Under the pieces are notes generated by a model. That model searched no databases, was not told the origin of the DNA, and worked only from the letters and a program-made list of their open reading frames with translations. 64,000 nt of DNA, taken from the NCBI GenBank assembly GCA_026706895.1, contig JAPOXW010000015.1:28475-92474 (forward strand), in the 5' to 3' direction. The position numbers and the translations under genes are program-made. Source of the stretch: Gammaproteobacteria bacterium. GTDB lineage: Bacteria > Pseudomonadota > Gammaproteobacteria > Poriferisulfidales > Poriferisulfidaceae. Positions 47,593 through 56,292 of the stretch are shown here, piece after piece. The number at the start of each line of letters is the position of its first letter. The first letter of the stretch is position 1.

Positions 47593-48905
47593 TACTTCGA
47601 ATCGCTTCGCCAGCGGGCCGAAGCGGCGTGCGCACCCAAACCCTCCGCCTTGGCCAAACACTCGGCCAAGCCGGCGAGGTCCGCAGCACCAGCTTGCGAC
47701 AGACGAATGGTGCTGCTGCGCTTCTGGAAATCGTAGACCCCCAGCGGCGACGCGAAACGGGAAGCCCGCATGGTCGGCAGCACATGGTTGGGTCCGGCGC
47801 AGTAATCGCCCATCACCTCTGGGCTGTGCACGCCCAGGAAGATCGCGCCGGCATGACGGATTCGATCCATCACCGCATCCGGCTCCTCCAAGGCCAACTG
47901 CAAGTGTTCGGGCGCCAGCCGATCAACCAGTTCTGCGGCCTGCTCCAGATCATCGGTCTGGATCAGCGCGCCGTTGGTCGCCAAGGATTCGCGGATGATT
48001 TTTGCGCGCGGCAGTTCTTCCAATTGCGCGGCCAGTGCGTCCGCGACCGCGTTGATGTGCCCCAAATCCGGGCTCAGGAGAACCGCCTGCGCCTGTTCGT
48101 CGTGCTCCGCCTGAGCCATCAGGTCCGCCGCCAGCCATCGCGGATCCGCGCTCCCATCGCTTACGACCACCACTTCCGATGGCCCGGCCATCATGTCGAT
48201 CCCGACCCTGCCGAATACCTGCCGCTTGGCCTCGGCCACCCAGAGGTTCCCGGGGCCGACGATCTTGTCGACTGCCGGGATGGTTCCCGTCCCCAGCGCC
48301 AGCGCGGCGACGGCCTGAGCGCCTCCCAGCGCCCATCCACGGTCAATGCCAGCCACATGCGCCGCCGCCAACACGACCGGGTTGACCTGCCCGTCCGGCG
48401 TTGGGCTGACCATCAGGATCTCTTCTACCCCGGCGACTCTCGCCGGGATCGCGTTCATCAGCACCGAAGACGGATACGCTGCGGTCCCTCCGGGAACATA
48501 GACGCCGACACGCTGCAGGGCATTGACCCGCTGCCCGAGCCGGGAGCCGTGTTCGTCCTCGAATTCGAACGATTCCAGCTTCTGCCGCTGCGCATAATCC
48601 CGGATTCGATCGGCCGCGGCCTGCAGTGCATCGCGCAGGGTTTCGTCCAGCGCCTCGAACGCGGCCTGAAAATCGGGCGCCTGCCAAAGCAGTGATGCCA
48701 CCGAATCGGCTTCGTGTCCGTCGTATCGCCGGGTGTATTCGAGCAGGGCGTTATCACCGCATGTGCGGATCTCTTCAATGATGGCCGCGACTGCTTCGGC
48801 TTGTTCCGGGCGCGAATCTTGTGCCCTGCCGTCGATCAGTGCCTGAAATTCACCCTCAAATTCCGGCGTTCCGGTCGACAGAATGCGCGGAAAAGAAGTG
48901 CTCAT
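47592..48905 (-). CDS. hisD: histidinol dehydrogenase
   Basis: 437 aa. YVPGGTAAYPSSVLM, AGPSEVVVV, AEHDEQAQ. Confidence 0.95.
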   Translation of the reverse strand: MSTSFPRILSTGTPEFEGEFQALIDGRAQDSRPEQAEAVAAIIEEIRTCGDNALLEYTRRYDGHEADSVASLLWQAPDFQAAFEALDETLRDALQAAADRIRDYAQRQKLESFEFEDEHGSRLGQRVNALQRVGVYVPGGTAAYPSSVLMNAIPARVAGVEEILMVSPTPDGQVNPVVLAAAHVAGIDRGWALGGAQAVAALALGTGTIPAVDKIVGPGNLWVAEAKRQVFGRVGIDMMAGPSEVVVVSDGSADPRWLAADLMAQAEHDEQAQAVLLSPDLGHINAVADALAAQLEELPRAKIIRESLATNGALIQTDDLEQAAELVDRLAPEHLQLALEEPDAVMDRIRHAGAIFLGVHSPEVMGDYCAGPNHVLPTMRASRFASPLGVYDFQKRSSTIRLSQAGAADLAGLAECLAKAEGLGAHAASARWRSDSK

Positions 48906-49972
48906 GCAGCCCGGCTGGCGCGCTGTCGTCGCGTCCGAACCGCCTCGGCCAAGCCTTCGAGCAGCTGTTCCGTCTGCTCGAATCCGAGACAGGCGTCCGT
49001 GATGCTCTGGCCGTACTGCAACGGCTCACCAGGAACCAGCTTCTGGTTGCCGCCGACCAGGTGGCTTTCCACCATGACCCCGACGATCCGCCGGTCTCCC
49101 GTGCAAATCTGCTCGCCGATATTGTCGGCCACCCGCATCTGCTGTTCGGGAACCTTCCGGCTGTTCGCGTGGCTGCAGTCAATCATGACGCGGACTGGCA
49201 GTTTCGCCTGTTCCAGGCGCGCACAAACCTCCTCGACCGCATTGGCCTCGAAGTTCGGCTGCTGCCCGCCCCGCATGATGACGTGGGAGTCTTGGTTGCC
49301 AGTCGTGTGAAAAATCGCACTCCGTCCCTCCTTGGTGAGCGACAGAAAGCAGTGCGGCCGGGTGGACGAACGCAATGCATCCACAGCCACCTGAATATCG
49401 CCGCTGGTCCCGTTCTTGAAGCCCACCGGACAGGACAGCCCGGAGGCCAGTTCCCGGTGGCATTGGCTTTCAGTGGTGCGGGCGCCAATCGCTCCCCAAC
49501 TGACGCTGTCGGCAATGTACTGCGGCGTAATCAGGTCCAGAAACTCGGTGCCGGTTGGAAGCCCCTGTTCACCCAACCATACGAGCAGCCCGCGGGCCAG
49601 ACGCAGACCTTGGTTGATGTGGTAGCTGTCGTCCAGATCCGGGTCGTTGATCAAGCCCTTCCAGCCAACCGTGGTGCGCGGCTTCTCGAAATACACCCGC
49701 ATCACGATCAGGAGGTCTTCCGCCAGCCGGTCCCGGACCGGCTGCAGGCGCTGCGCGTACTCGTGCGCCGCCTCCACGTCGTGAATGGAGCACGGGCCGA
49801 CAATCACCATCAGGCGATCGTCCGATTGCTGCAGGATCTCGCGGATTTGCGCCCGCGCCTCGAACACCGTACGCGCGCCCGTCTCCGTCAGCGGGAATTC
49901 TTCCAAGATCTCTTTCGGAGCACTGACGTTTTGTAAGTCCGTAATCCGCAAGTCGTCCGTTGGGTATTTCAT
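48902..49972 (-). CDS. aroG: 3-deoxy-7-phosphoheptulonate (DAHP) synthase, class I
   Basis: 356 aa. LMVIVGPCSIHD, YFEKPRTTVGWKGLINDP, IDCSHANS. ATGA overlaps with both hisG and hisD. The isozyme (G/F/H) cannot be assigned. Confidence 0.88.
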   Translation of the reverse strand: MKYPTDDLRITDLQNVSAPKEILEEFPLTETGARTVFEARAQIREILQQSDDRLMVIVGPCSIHDVEAAHEYAQRLQPVRDRLAEDLLIVMRVYFEKPRTTVGWKGLINDPDLDDSYHINQGLRLARGLLVWLGEQGLPTGTEFLDLITPQYIADSVSWGAIGARTTESQCHRELASGLSCPVGFKNGTSGDIQVAVDALRSSTRPHCFLSLTKEGRSAIFHTTGNQDSHVIMRGGQQPNFEANAVEEVCARLEQAKLPVRVMIDCSHANSRKVPEQQMRVADNIGEQICTGDRRIVGVMVESHLVGGNQKLVPGEPLQYGQSITDACLGFEQTEQLLEGLAEAVRTRRQRASRAA

Positions 49973-50610
49973 GCGTCTATCCCTGCCGCCTCCGCGGCTT
50001 CCTGAAGGCGTGCCAGAATCGGCATGATCTGGTCATGCCGCATCTTCCATGCGCCCTTGTTGACCACCACGCGCGCACTGATTTCGGCGAGCGTGGCATA
50101 CGGTTCCAATCCATTGGCGGCCAAGGTCCGGCCGGTCTCCACCAAATCCACGATGCAATCCGACAGCCCCGCCAGCGGCGCCAGCTCCATTGAGCCGTAC
50201 AATTTTATCGTAACGGCCTGCCTGCCACGCGCAGCAAAAAACTCTCGGGCGAGGCGCACGTACTTGGTCGCCACCCGAACCCGGGGCTGTTCCAGGCAGG
50301 CTTCGCCACCCTTCGGTCCGGCCACCACCATCCGGCAGCGCGCGATGCCGAGATCCAGCGGCTCGTACAGGCCGGGAACCTGATTCTCCATCAGCACGTC
50401 TCGCCCGGTAATCCCGAGCTCCGCCGCGCCCAATGCCACGTAAGTCGGCACGTCCGCGGCCCGCAACACCACCAACTCAAGACCGGGCTCAGTGCACGGC
50501 AGGATCAATTGCCGACTCTCCGCGGGGTCCTCCTTCGGCACGATATCGGCGCACGCGAACACCTCAAGCGCTTCGCTCATGATGCGTCCCTTGGAAACAG
50601 CGATTCTCAC
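49969..50610 (-). CDS. hisG: ATP phosphoribosyltransferase, short form
   Basis: Start is placed at a GTG preceded by GAGGAGG (VRIAVSKGRI...), giving about 213 aa. The ORF-track extension overlaps the murA end. Confidence 0.85.
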   Translation of the reverse strand: MRIAVSKGRIMSEALEVFACADIVPKEDPAESRQLILPCTEPGLELVVLRAADVPTYVALGAAELGITGRDVLMENQVPGLYEPLDLGIARCRMVVAGPKGGEACLEQPRVRVATKYVRLAREFFAARGRQAVTIKLYGSMELAPLAGLSDCIVDLVETGRTLAANGLEPYATLAEISARVVVNKGAWKMRHDQIMPILARLQEAAEAAGIDA

Positions 50611-50621
50611 CGGGGTCCTCC

Positions 50622-51878
50622 TCAGCTCAAGCGCTGGATGCTGGCGCCGAGGCGCTGGAATTTCTCTTCCACGCACTCGTAGCCTCGATCAATGTGATAG
50701 ACCCGATCCACGACCGACTCCCCCTCCGCCGCAAGGCCGGCCAGAATCAGGCTGGCCGAGGCCCGCAGATCCGTAGCCATCACCGGCGCGCCGGACAGTT
50801 TCTCCACGCCCTGGATTACGGCGGCACTGCCGTGCACCTCGATGTTCGCGCCCATCCGGACCAGTTCCTGAATGTGCATGAAGCGGTTCTCGAAAATCGT
50901 CTCGGTGATGGTGCTGGTTCCCTCCGCCACCGTGCTGACCGCCGTCATCTGCGCCTGCATGTCGGTCGGAAACCCCGGGTAAGCCGCTGTATAGACATCG
51001 GCGGCCCGAGGGCGGCGGTCCCGCATGTCGATCTCCACGTAATCCTCGCCCAATTCGACACTTGCACCGTACTCGCCAAGCTTGACCAGCACGGCCTCCA
51101 TCGTGTCCGGCCGCACTTGGCCGACCCGGACTTTCCCGCCGGTCACGCATGCTGCAGCCAGATAAGTCGAGGCCTCGATCCGATCGGGCAGCACCTGGTG
51201 CGTCGCGCCCTGCAATTCACGAACGCCTTCGATCTCGATGCGGCTGGTTCCGGCCCCGCGAATACGCGCACCCATCGCCATCAGGCAACACGCCAAGTCC
51301 TCGACTTCCGGTTCGCGGGCGGCATTCTCGATTACGGTCGTGCCGTCGGCCAGCGCCGCGGCCATCATCAGGTTCTCGGTCCCGGTCACCGTGATCTGAT
51401 CCAAGGCCAAAAGAGTCCCCTTCAGGCGCTTGGCCCGCGCCCGGATATAGCCATTGTTCACGTCGATAGCCGCTCCCATCGCGGCCAGCCCATGCAGGTG
51501 TAGGTCGATCGGCCGGGTCCCGATCGCGCATCCTCCCGGCAACGAAACTTCTGCCTGACCGTAGCGTGCCAGCAACGGTCCCAGCACGAGAATGGATGCC
51601 CGCATGGTTCGCACGATGTCGTACGAAGCGTAGCAGCGATTAACCCCGCTGGTGTCGACGCGCAGGCTGTTGTCTTCGCCCAACGTCACCGTCGCCCCCA
51701 TGCTGCCCAGTAGCCGCATGGTCGAGGCCACGTCCTGCAGATGCGGGGCGTTTTGAATCAGCAGGGGCTCCTCGCTCATCAGCGAGGCGGCCAGCACGGG
51801 CAACACCGAGTTCTTGGCGCCGGAGATTGACACCTCGCCACACAGCGGCGTTCCGCCTTGAATCAGCAGCCTGTCCAT
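50622..51878 (-). CDS. murA: UDP-N-acetylglucosamine 1-carboxyvinyltransferase
   Basis: 418 aa. [28 protein letters not shown]. Confidence 0.97.
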   Translation of the reverse strand: MDRLLIQGGTPLCGEVSISGAKNSVLPVLAASLMSEEPLLIQNAPHLQDVASTMRLLGSMGATVTLGEDNSLRVDTSGVNRCYASYDIVRTMRASILVLGPLLARYGQAEVSLPGGCAIGTRPIDLHLHGLAAMGAAIDVNNGYIRARAKRLKGTLLALDQITVTGTENLMMAAALADGTTVIENAAREPEVEDLACCLMAMGARIRGAGTSRIEIEGVRELQGATHQVLPDRIEASTYLAAACVTGGKVRVGQVRPDTMEAVLVKLGEYGASVELGEDYVEIDMRDRRPRAADVYTAAYPGFPTDMQAQMTAVSTVAEGTSTITETIFENRFMHIQELVRMGANIEVHGSAAVIQGVEKLSGAPVMATDLRASASLILAGLAAEGESVVDRVYHIDRGYECVEEKFQRLGASIQRLS

Positions 51879-51896
51879 TGGAAAACTGGACGCTGC

Positions 51897-52616
51897 TCAG
51901 GCGTGCGCGTGCGGCGTAAATCGCCGGGAAGTCTTCCCGGGCGTTTCGCCACGCAGACGCTCAATCACGGCATCCAGGCCATTCTGTTTGATTTCGGGGC
52001 GCAGGCTGTCCTTCAGGCTTTTGATCAGGAAAATTCCGTCGGCACGAATCTCGAACACGTACCACTCGCCTTCGATTTCGCGCATCAGATAGGTCAGGTC
52101 GACCGGAGCCTTGCCGGACATCAGGAATTCCGTGCGGACTACTTGATAGGCTTTGTCGGGCTTGAACTCGAACGGCAGGTACTGCACTTTGCCGTCGGCG
52201 TACTTGAGGATGACTTTCGCGTACAGTTCGAGCAACTGCCGCTTGAGTGAAACAATGAACTCGTCGCGTTGCGTCGGTGTCGCCTCCTGGTAGATCTTCT
52301 TGCCGAGGATGATCTTCAGGATCTGGCCGTAGTCCAGCACGCCGCCCAGCGTGGCGTCCACGAAAGTGTACAGCGCCTCGTCATCGCGCTCGAATTCGTC
52401 CATTCTCAGGCGGATTTGCTCCAGCAACTCATCACTGACGCCCTGCAGCCGAGCCTGCGGGGATTCCGCCGTGGCCCCGATGCCCGCCCACAGCAATAGG
52501 ACGGCAAGCGCAAATGCGCCCCCGGACAAACGCAGCGATGCAATGTTCGTCACTATCGGTCTCACAACGGATACTTCGTAATTATAGCAATCGGCGCCCC
52601 ATTCTCTCCACAACAA
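51897..52616 (-). CDS. mlaC: MlaC/Ttg2D-family phospholipid-binding periplasmic protein
   Basis: Signal-like LSGGAFALAVLLLWAGIGATA, then LDYGQILKIILGKKIYQEATPTQRDEF..YQVVRTEF.. typical of MlaC. The true start is probably an internal GTG (52565 or 52553). Confidence 0.65.
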   Translation of the reverse strand: MLWREWGADCYNYEVSVVRPIVTNIASLRLSGGAFALAVLLLWAGIGATAESPQARLQGVSDELLEQIRLRMDEFERDDEALYTFVDATLGGVLDYGQILKIILGKKIYQEATPTQRDEFIVSLKRQLLELYAKVILKYADGKVQYLPFEFKPDKAYQVVRTEFLMSGKAPVDLTYLMREIEGEWYVFEIRADGIFLIKSLKDSLRPEIKQNGLDAVIERLRGETPGKTSRRFTPHAHA

Positions 52617-52658
52617 CCTTCGGGGACATCAGGGAGCCGGATCGTCAATATCGCCATG

Positions 52659-53105
52659 TTAGTCCTCCGATCCTGAAAACGGATCGCGTGTCCGTAACTC
52701 TGGAAACAAGGAAAAATCTCGATCTCGGGTTAACAATTCTTCGGCCCCATGTGCCACGCACAAGGCCGCAATCCGAGCATCATGAATTACTCCCCCGACG
52801 ACATGGGGGCGTTGGACAAAGCGGCCCAATATATCCTCGAAATCCTCTGTCTCACCGATCATGCGATTCGAAGGAGAAGCCGTCCACGCTTGGAATTGAC
52901 GCCAGGCATGGGCCGGAGGCGTAGCATTTTCCTTCCAGATTCGGCGATTCGTCACCACGCTGAGGAACTCATAGCAACAAGGCCAAGGAATAGCCCAGGC
53001 CCGATCCCCCCCGGCGAGTCCTGTCATGAGCGCGTGAGCCGCCTCACCCACTCGCGTTTCACGCCGGTGCGCGTAGATCAATACATTGGTGTCTACGGCG
53101 ATCAT
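52659..53105 (-). CDS. vapC: PIN-domain ribonuclease toxin VapC
   Basis: MIAVDTNVLIY.., ..LLTRDRDF. The ATG overlaps the vapB stop (ATGA). Confidence 0.8.
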   Translation of the reverse strand: MIAVDTNVLIYAHRRETRVGEAAHALMTGLAGGDRAWAIPWPCCYEFLSVVTNRRIWKENATPPAHAWRQFQAWTASPSNRMIGETEDFEDILGRFVQRPHVVGGVIHDARIAALCVAHGAEELLTRDRDFSLFPELRTRDPFSGSED

Positions 53106-53350
53106 CAAGTATCCGAATCACCATAGATGGAATCTCGCAACTCGGGCCAGGAGTACTGCTCAAGGGGGTCATCCGCATTCGGATTTCCGACCCTGAGATC
53201 GGGAAGGGTGTATTGACTTCGGGAAGTTGAGGACGACAATATATTGCGGAGTCCCTCCTCCACTACGGCACGCAAGGGCTTTCCGGCCTCTTTCGCATGG
53301 CGCTTGGCCCGGACAAGCAATTCGTCGTGAATATCCAGCGTCGTCTTCAT
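53105..53350 (-). CDS. vapB: VapB-family antitoxin
   Basis: MKTTLDIHDELLVRAKRHAKEAGKPLRAVVEEGL is the common MKTTLDIDDELL-type antitoxin N-terminus. Alternative starts are at 53359 and 53368. Confidence 0.7.
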   Translation of the reverse strand: MKTTLDIHDELLVRAKRHAKEAGKPLRAVVEEGLRNILSSSTSRSQYTLPDLRVGNPNADDPLEQYSWPELRDSIYGDSDT

Positions 53351-53364
53351 AAGAACCATATTAC

Positions 53365-53382
53365 CCATATTTATAGATATGG
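53365..53382. promoter_or_regulatory. 18-bp near-palindrome CCATATTTATAGATATGG upstream of vapB, candidate operator
   Basis: 8 of 9 mirror pairs match. It lies directly 5' of the vapB start candidates on the minus strand. Confidence 0.4.
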
Positions 53383-53531
53383 CAAGTATGGTTTTCTTGA
53401 TTCGCACTTCAATGGCCAGGAATTTCGCCCAGCAGTGCAACGGCTCTAGAAAAATCATCTTTATATAATGATTAAGCCGTCTTGAGTCTATTACTCGCAC
53501 ATCCCTCCAGCCTTTCAAACCCTCCAGCTTA

Positions 53532-54119
53532 ATGCGTCCTCTCATCCTTGGCAGCAGTTCCCCCTACCGGCGGGAACTCCTTGAACGCCTGCATCTGGAC
53601 TTCACGGTCGATGTCCCCGATATCGACGAAACACCTCGGCCTGACGAAATCGCATCGGACTACGTGCGGCGGCTTGCTCACGAGAAGGCCGAGGAAGTCG
53701 GAAGTCGGCACCAGGATGCCCTGATCATCAGCAGCGACCAGTGCGCGGAGCTGAACGGGCAACTGCTCGGCAAACCCGGCACGCACGACGTGGCCGTGAA
53801 GCAGTTACGCCAGTTGAGCGGGCAGGAAGCGACTTTCCTGACCGGGCTGTGCCTGCTCGACACTGGGAACGGCACGTGCCGCTACTCCGAATCCCCCCAC
53901 ACGGTGTACTACAAGGAGTTGAACGAGAATGCGATCGAGCACTACCTGCAGAGCGAACAGCCCTACAACTGCACGGCGAGCTTCAAGTCCGAAGGGCTCG
54001 GCATCAGCCTGGTGCACCACGTCAGCGGTGACGACCCGACGGCCCTGATCGGCCTGCCGATGATCCGTTTGATTGAAATGCTGCGGGAAGCGGGTCTCGA
54101 TATCCCGGGCGCGGACTAG
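53532..54119 (+). CDS. Maf-family nucleoside triphosphate pyrophosphatase (YceF-like)
   Basis: 195 aa. LILGSSSPYRRELLERL, SSDQ, ASFKSEGLGI, GLPM. Confidence 0.88.
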   Translation: MRPLILGSSSPYRRELLERLHLDFTVDVPDIDETPRPDEIASDYVRRLAHEKAEEVGSRHQDALIISSDQCAELNGQLLGKPGTHDVAVKQLRQLSGQEATFLTGLCLLDTGNGTCRYSESPHTVYYKELNENAIEHYLQSEQPYNCTASFKSEGLGISLVHHVSGDDPTALIGLPMIRLIEMLREAGLDIPGAD

Positions 54120-55039
54120 AACCGCACCGGGCTGCGCAACCAGGATTCCGCCATCTGGCCCAGCCGGGCGCCAACCCGGTCCGCCACGCGCTCCAGGAAA
54201 TCCGGCTCATAGGTGTAATTCACCACTGATTCGGCCCCGACCTGGTCACGCGCAACCTGCGCGACATCCGAAAATCCGTCCACCAGCCCCATCTCCTGCG
54301 CCTGGTCGCCGGTCCAGATTCGCCCGTCGAACACCTCTTCGTCCGAGGCCGTCAACCGCTCTCCCCGGGCCTCCTTGACGGCGTTCTCGAATTGCTGGTG
54401 GATCCGATCCACCAGATCCTGGAGATGCGCCTCGGCCTCCGGATCCTGCGGCAGGAACGGATCGAGCATCGCCTTGTGCCGCCCGGAAGCCGTCACGCGC
54501 CGCTCGATGCCCCACTCTTCGATCAGTTCGGCAAAGCCGAATCCGCTGGCGATCACACCGATAGAGCCGACCAGGCTGGAACCGTTGACGTAGATCTCGT
54601 CTGCCTCGACGGCAATGTAGTACGCGGCAGACGCGCACAGGTCCTCGACCACCGCATAGATTTTCTTTTCCGGGTATTCCGCCTTCAGCCTCTGGATCTC
54701 CGCACTAATGCGATCCGCCTGGACGGGCGATCCGCCGGGGCTGTTGATGCGCAACACCACCCCTTTCGCCTGTTCTTCCTCGAATGCCTCGCGCAGCGAC
54801 TGGTTGATGAATTCCGCGCTTGCCGGGGCCTGGGGCACGATCGGGCCGAACACGTCGATCCGGGCCGTGTGCGCATCCTGCCTCGGCAACGAGGACTCTC
54901 CTCCGAGCATCGCGAGCAGGATCAGCAGCAGGATAAGAAACGGAATCGTGGCGAACGCGGTTCTCCAACGTCGGGCACGGCGGGTCTCGGCGGTCAGTTC
55001 GCGGACCGCGACGACGAGAGCGGATTCTTTTTCATCCAT
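54116..55039 (-). CDS. sppA: S49-family signal peptide peptidase (SppA 36K/SohB type)
   Basis: 307 aa. N-terminal TM, INSPGGSPVQAD, ASAAYYIA. GGAGGA RBS. Confidence 0.85.
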   Translation of the reverse strand: MDEKESALVVAVRELTAETRRARRWRTAFATIPFLILLLILLAMLGGESSLPRQDAHTARIDVFGPIVPQAPASAEFINQSLREAFEEEQAKGVVLRINSPGGSPVQADRISAEIQRLKAEYPEKKIYAVVEDLCASAAYYIAVEADEIYVNGSSLVGSIGVIASGFGFAELIEEWGIERRVTASGRHKAMLDPFLPQDPEAEAHLQDLVDRIHQQFENAVKEARGERLTASDEEVFDGRIWTGDQAQEMGLVDGFSDVAQVARDQVGAESVVNYTYEPDFLERVADRVGARLGQMAESWLRSPVRF

Positions 55040-55216
55040 GACAGCTTTCCTCCATCACTCCGATTGTACTGAATTTTCAGGGTCGACCATCAGGCGAGAG
55101 ATTGTATGGATAACTTGCCAAGTGCGACTGAGCATGCCGAGCGGCAAATGCCCATAAAGACGGTTTCTAGCCAAGCCATCTGAATGATTCTGGTTTTTTG
55201 AAGTCGGAAAAGTAGT

Positions 55217-55660
55217 TTAGGTATTACTAGGCTGTGATGGATAGACATGGTGTTCTGGATCCCACCACAAGACTTCCATAACATTCTGCTTCCTTATGCA
55301 CCAAACCCTTTCTCTGCTAGAAATGCGGAACGAATAAAGTTCATCCACATCATCTTTATGAAGTTGCTGAAGGCGGTCTCTAGCGTCTTTTACAAGTTTA
55401 CCAACCTCTATAGGATGGCTCCCTGTTTTTTTGATTTGCTCTGGGTTCAGTTGTTCAAAACCTGATAATTTCTCTATTACACGTTGATGTGTTTCGGGAT
55501 CTGATAGACCCAACCAAGGCCAAGGGCCGTTCTTGTCACACGCACTGAACCTCCAGGACAAATGACCGTCTTTGCCCGAATCCCCGCCACTCTTTGCTTT
55601 TTTAGTGGGACGGGGGAATTCGGATGATTTGGATAACTTTCTGGCTGGCTTCCTGCCCAA
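55217..55660 (-). CDS. hypothetical protein, candidate toxin partner of the Panacea-domain antitoxin
   Basis: 147 codons starting 6 nt after the DUF4065 gene stop. No in-frame ATG near the 5' end (TTG at 55660). Lys-rich N-terminus, and the C-terminal stretch LYSFRISSRERVWCIRKQNVMEVLWWDPEHHVYP. No family recognised. AT-rich islet. Confidence 0.45.
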   Translation of the reverse strand: MGRKPARKLSKSSEFPRPTKKAKSGGDSGKDGHLSWRFSACDKNGPWPWLGLSDPETHQRVIEKLSGFEQLNPEQIKKTGSHPIEVGKLVKDARDRLQQLHKDDVDELYSFRISSRERVWCIRKQNVMEVLWWDPEHHVYPSQPSNT

Positions 55661-55666
55661 GTTGCT

Positions 55667-56104
55667 TTACAAACCAGAGTAGTATTCAGCCATAGATGCA
55701 TGAGTGATACATGCGTTTCCGCGTTGTCCACTGGCAAGACCCGCTTTTGCTCGTGCTTCTTGCCACGGAGCCTCCATGTGGGTCAAATCACTGAGCCATT
55801 GCGAAGACTTGCCACCATAGTAATCAAGAACAGCATCAATGGTTTCACACTGTTCGGAGTTCAGCAATGTCCGTTCGGCACCCTTAATACTGCCCACACG
55901 AAACCTTCCTTTGTGTTTGTTATACAAATTCCGGATGACTGGGCCATTTGCCCATGCCTCAATCCGGTCATGGAAAATGGGCTTGTCGTCCCACACAAGA
56001 GACCATGCTTGAGAATAATAAACAAGCTTATGGAGCTTCATGGCGGGCATTGTGCCGAGCTCTTTAAGAATGTAGGCGGCCACATCAATCGCCTGTACGC
56101 CCAT
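55667..56104 (-). CDS. DUF4065 (Panacea) domain antitoxin-like protein (SocA/GepA-like)
   Basis: AIDVAAYILKELG..MKLHKLVYYSQAWSLVWDDKPIFHDRIEAWANGPVIRNLY matches the DUF4065 core. Start is at the ATG of MGVQAID, preceded by GGAG. The ORF-track TTG is at 56128. Confidence 0.75.
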   Translation of the reverse strand: MGVQAIDVAAYILKELGTMPAMKLHKLVYYSQAWSLVWDDKPIFHDRIEAWANGPVIRNLYNKHKGRFRVGSIKGAERTLLNSEQCETIDAVLDYYGGKSSQWLSDLTHMEAPWQEARAKAGLASGQRGNACITHASMAEYYSGL

Positions 56105-56292
56105 TATTTTTTCTCCTAACAAATCCAAATAATCTGTAGTTTCATTTGAGTCGTCATTATAGTCCTACGTTTCTCTGTGTTTTGATGTTTAGACGATTCG
56201 TTTCTATAAATGATTGAAATTTAGAAATTTTTATCCGTTACTACAACCATTCGATGTCTGTAGGATTAGAGGGCACCACAATCTCTACCAAG

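Noticed and set aside
47457-49936. 412-aa and 371-aa plus-strand ORFs
   Set aside because: They are antisense to hisD and the DAHP synthase gene, low-complexity, and motif-free.
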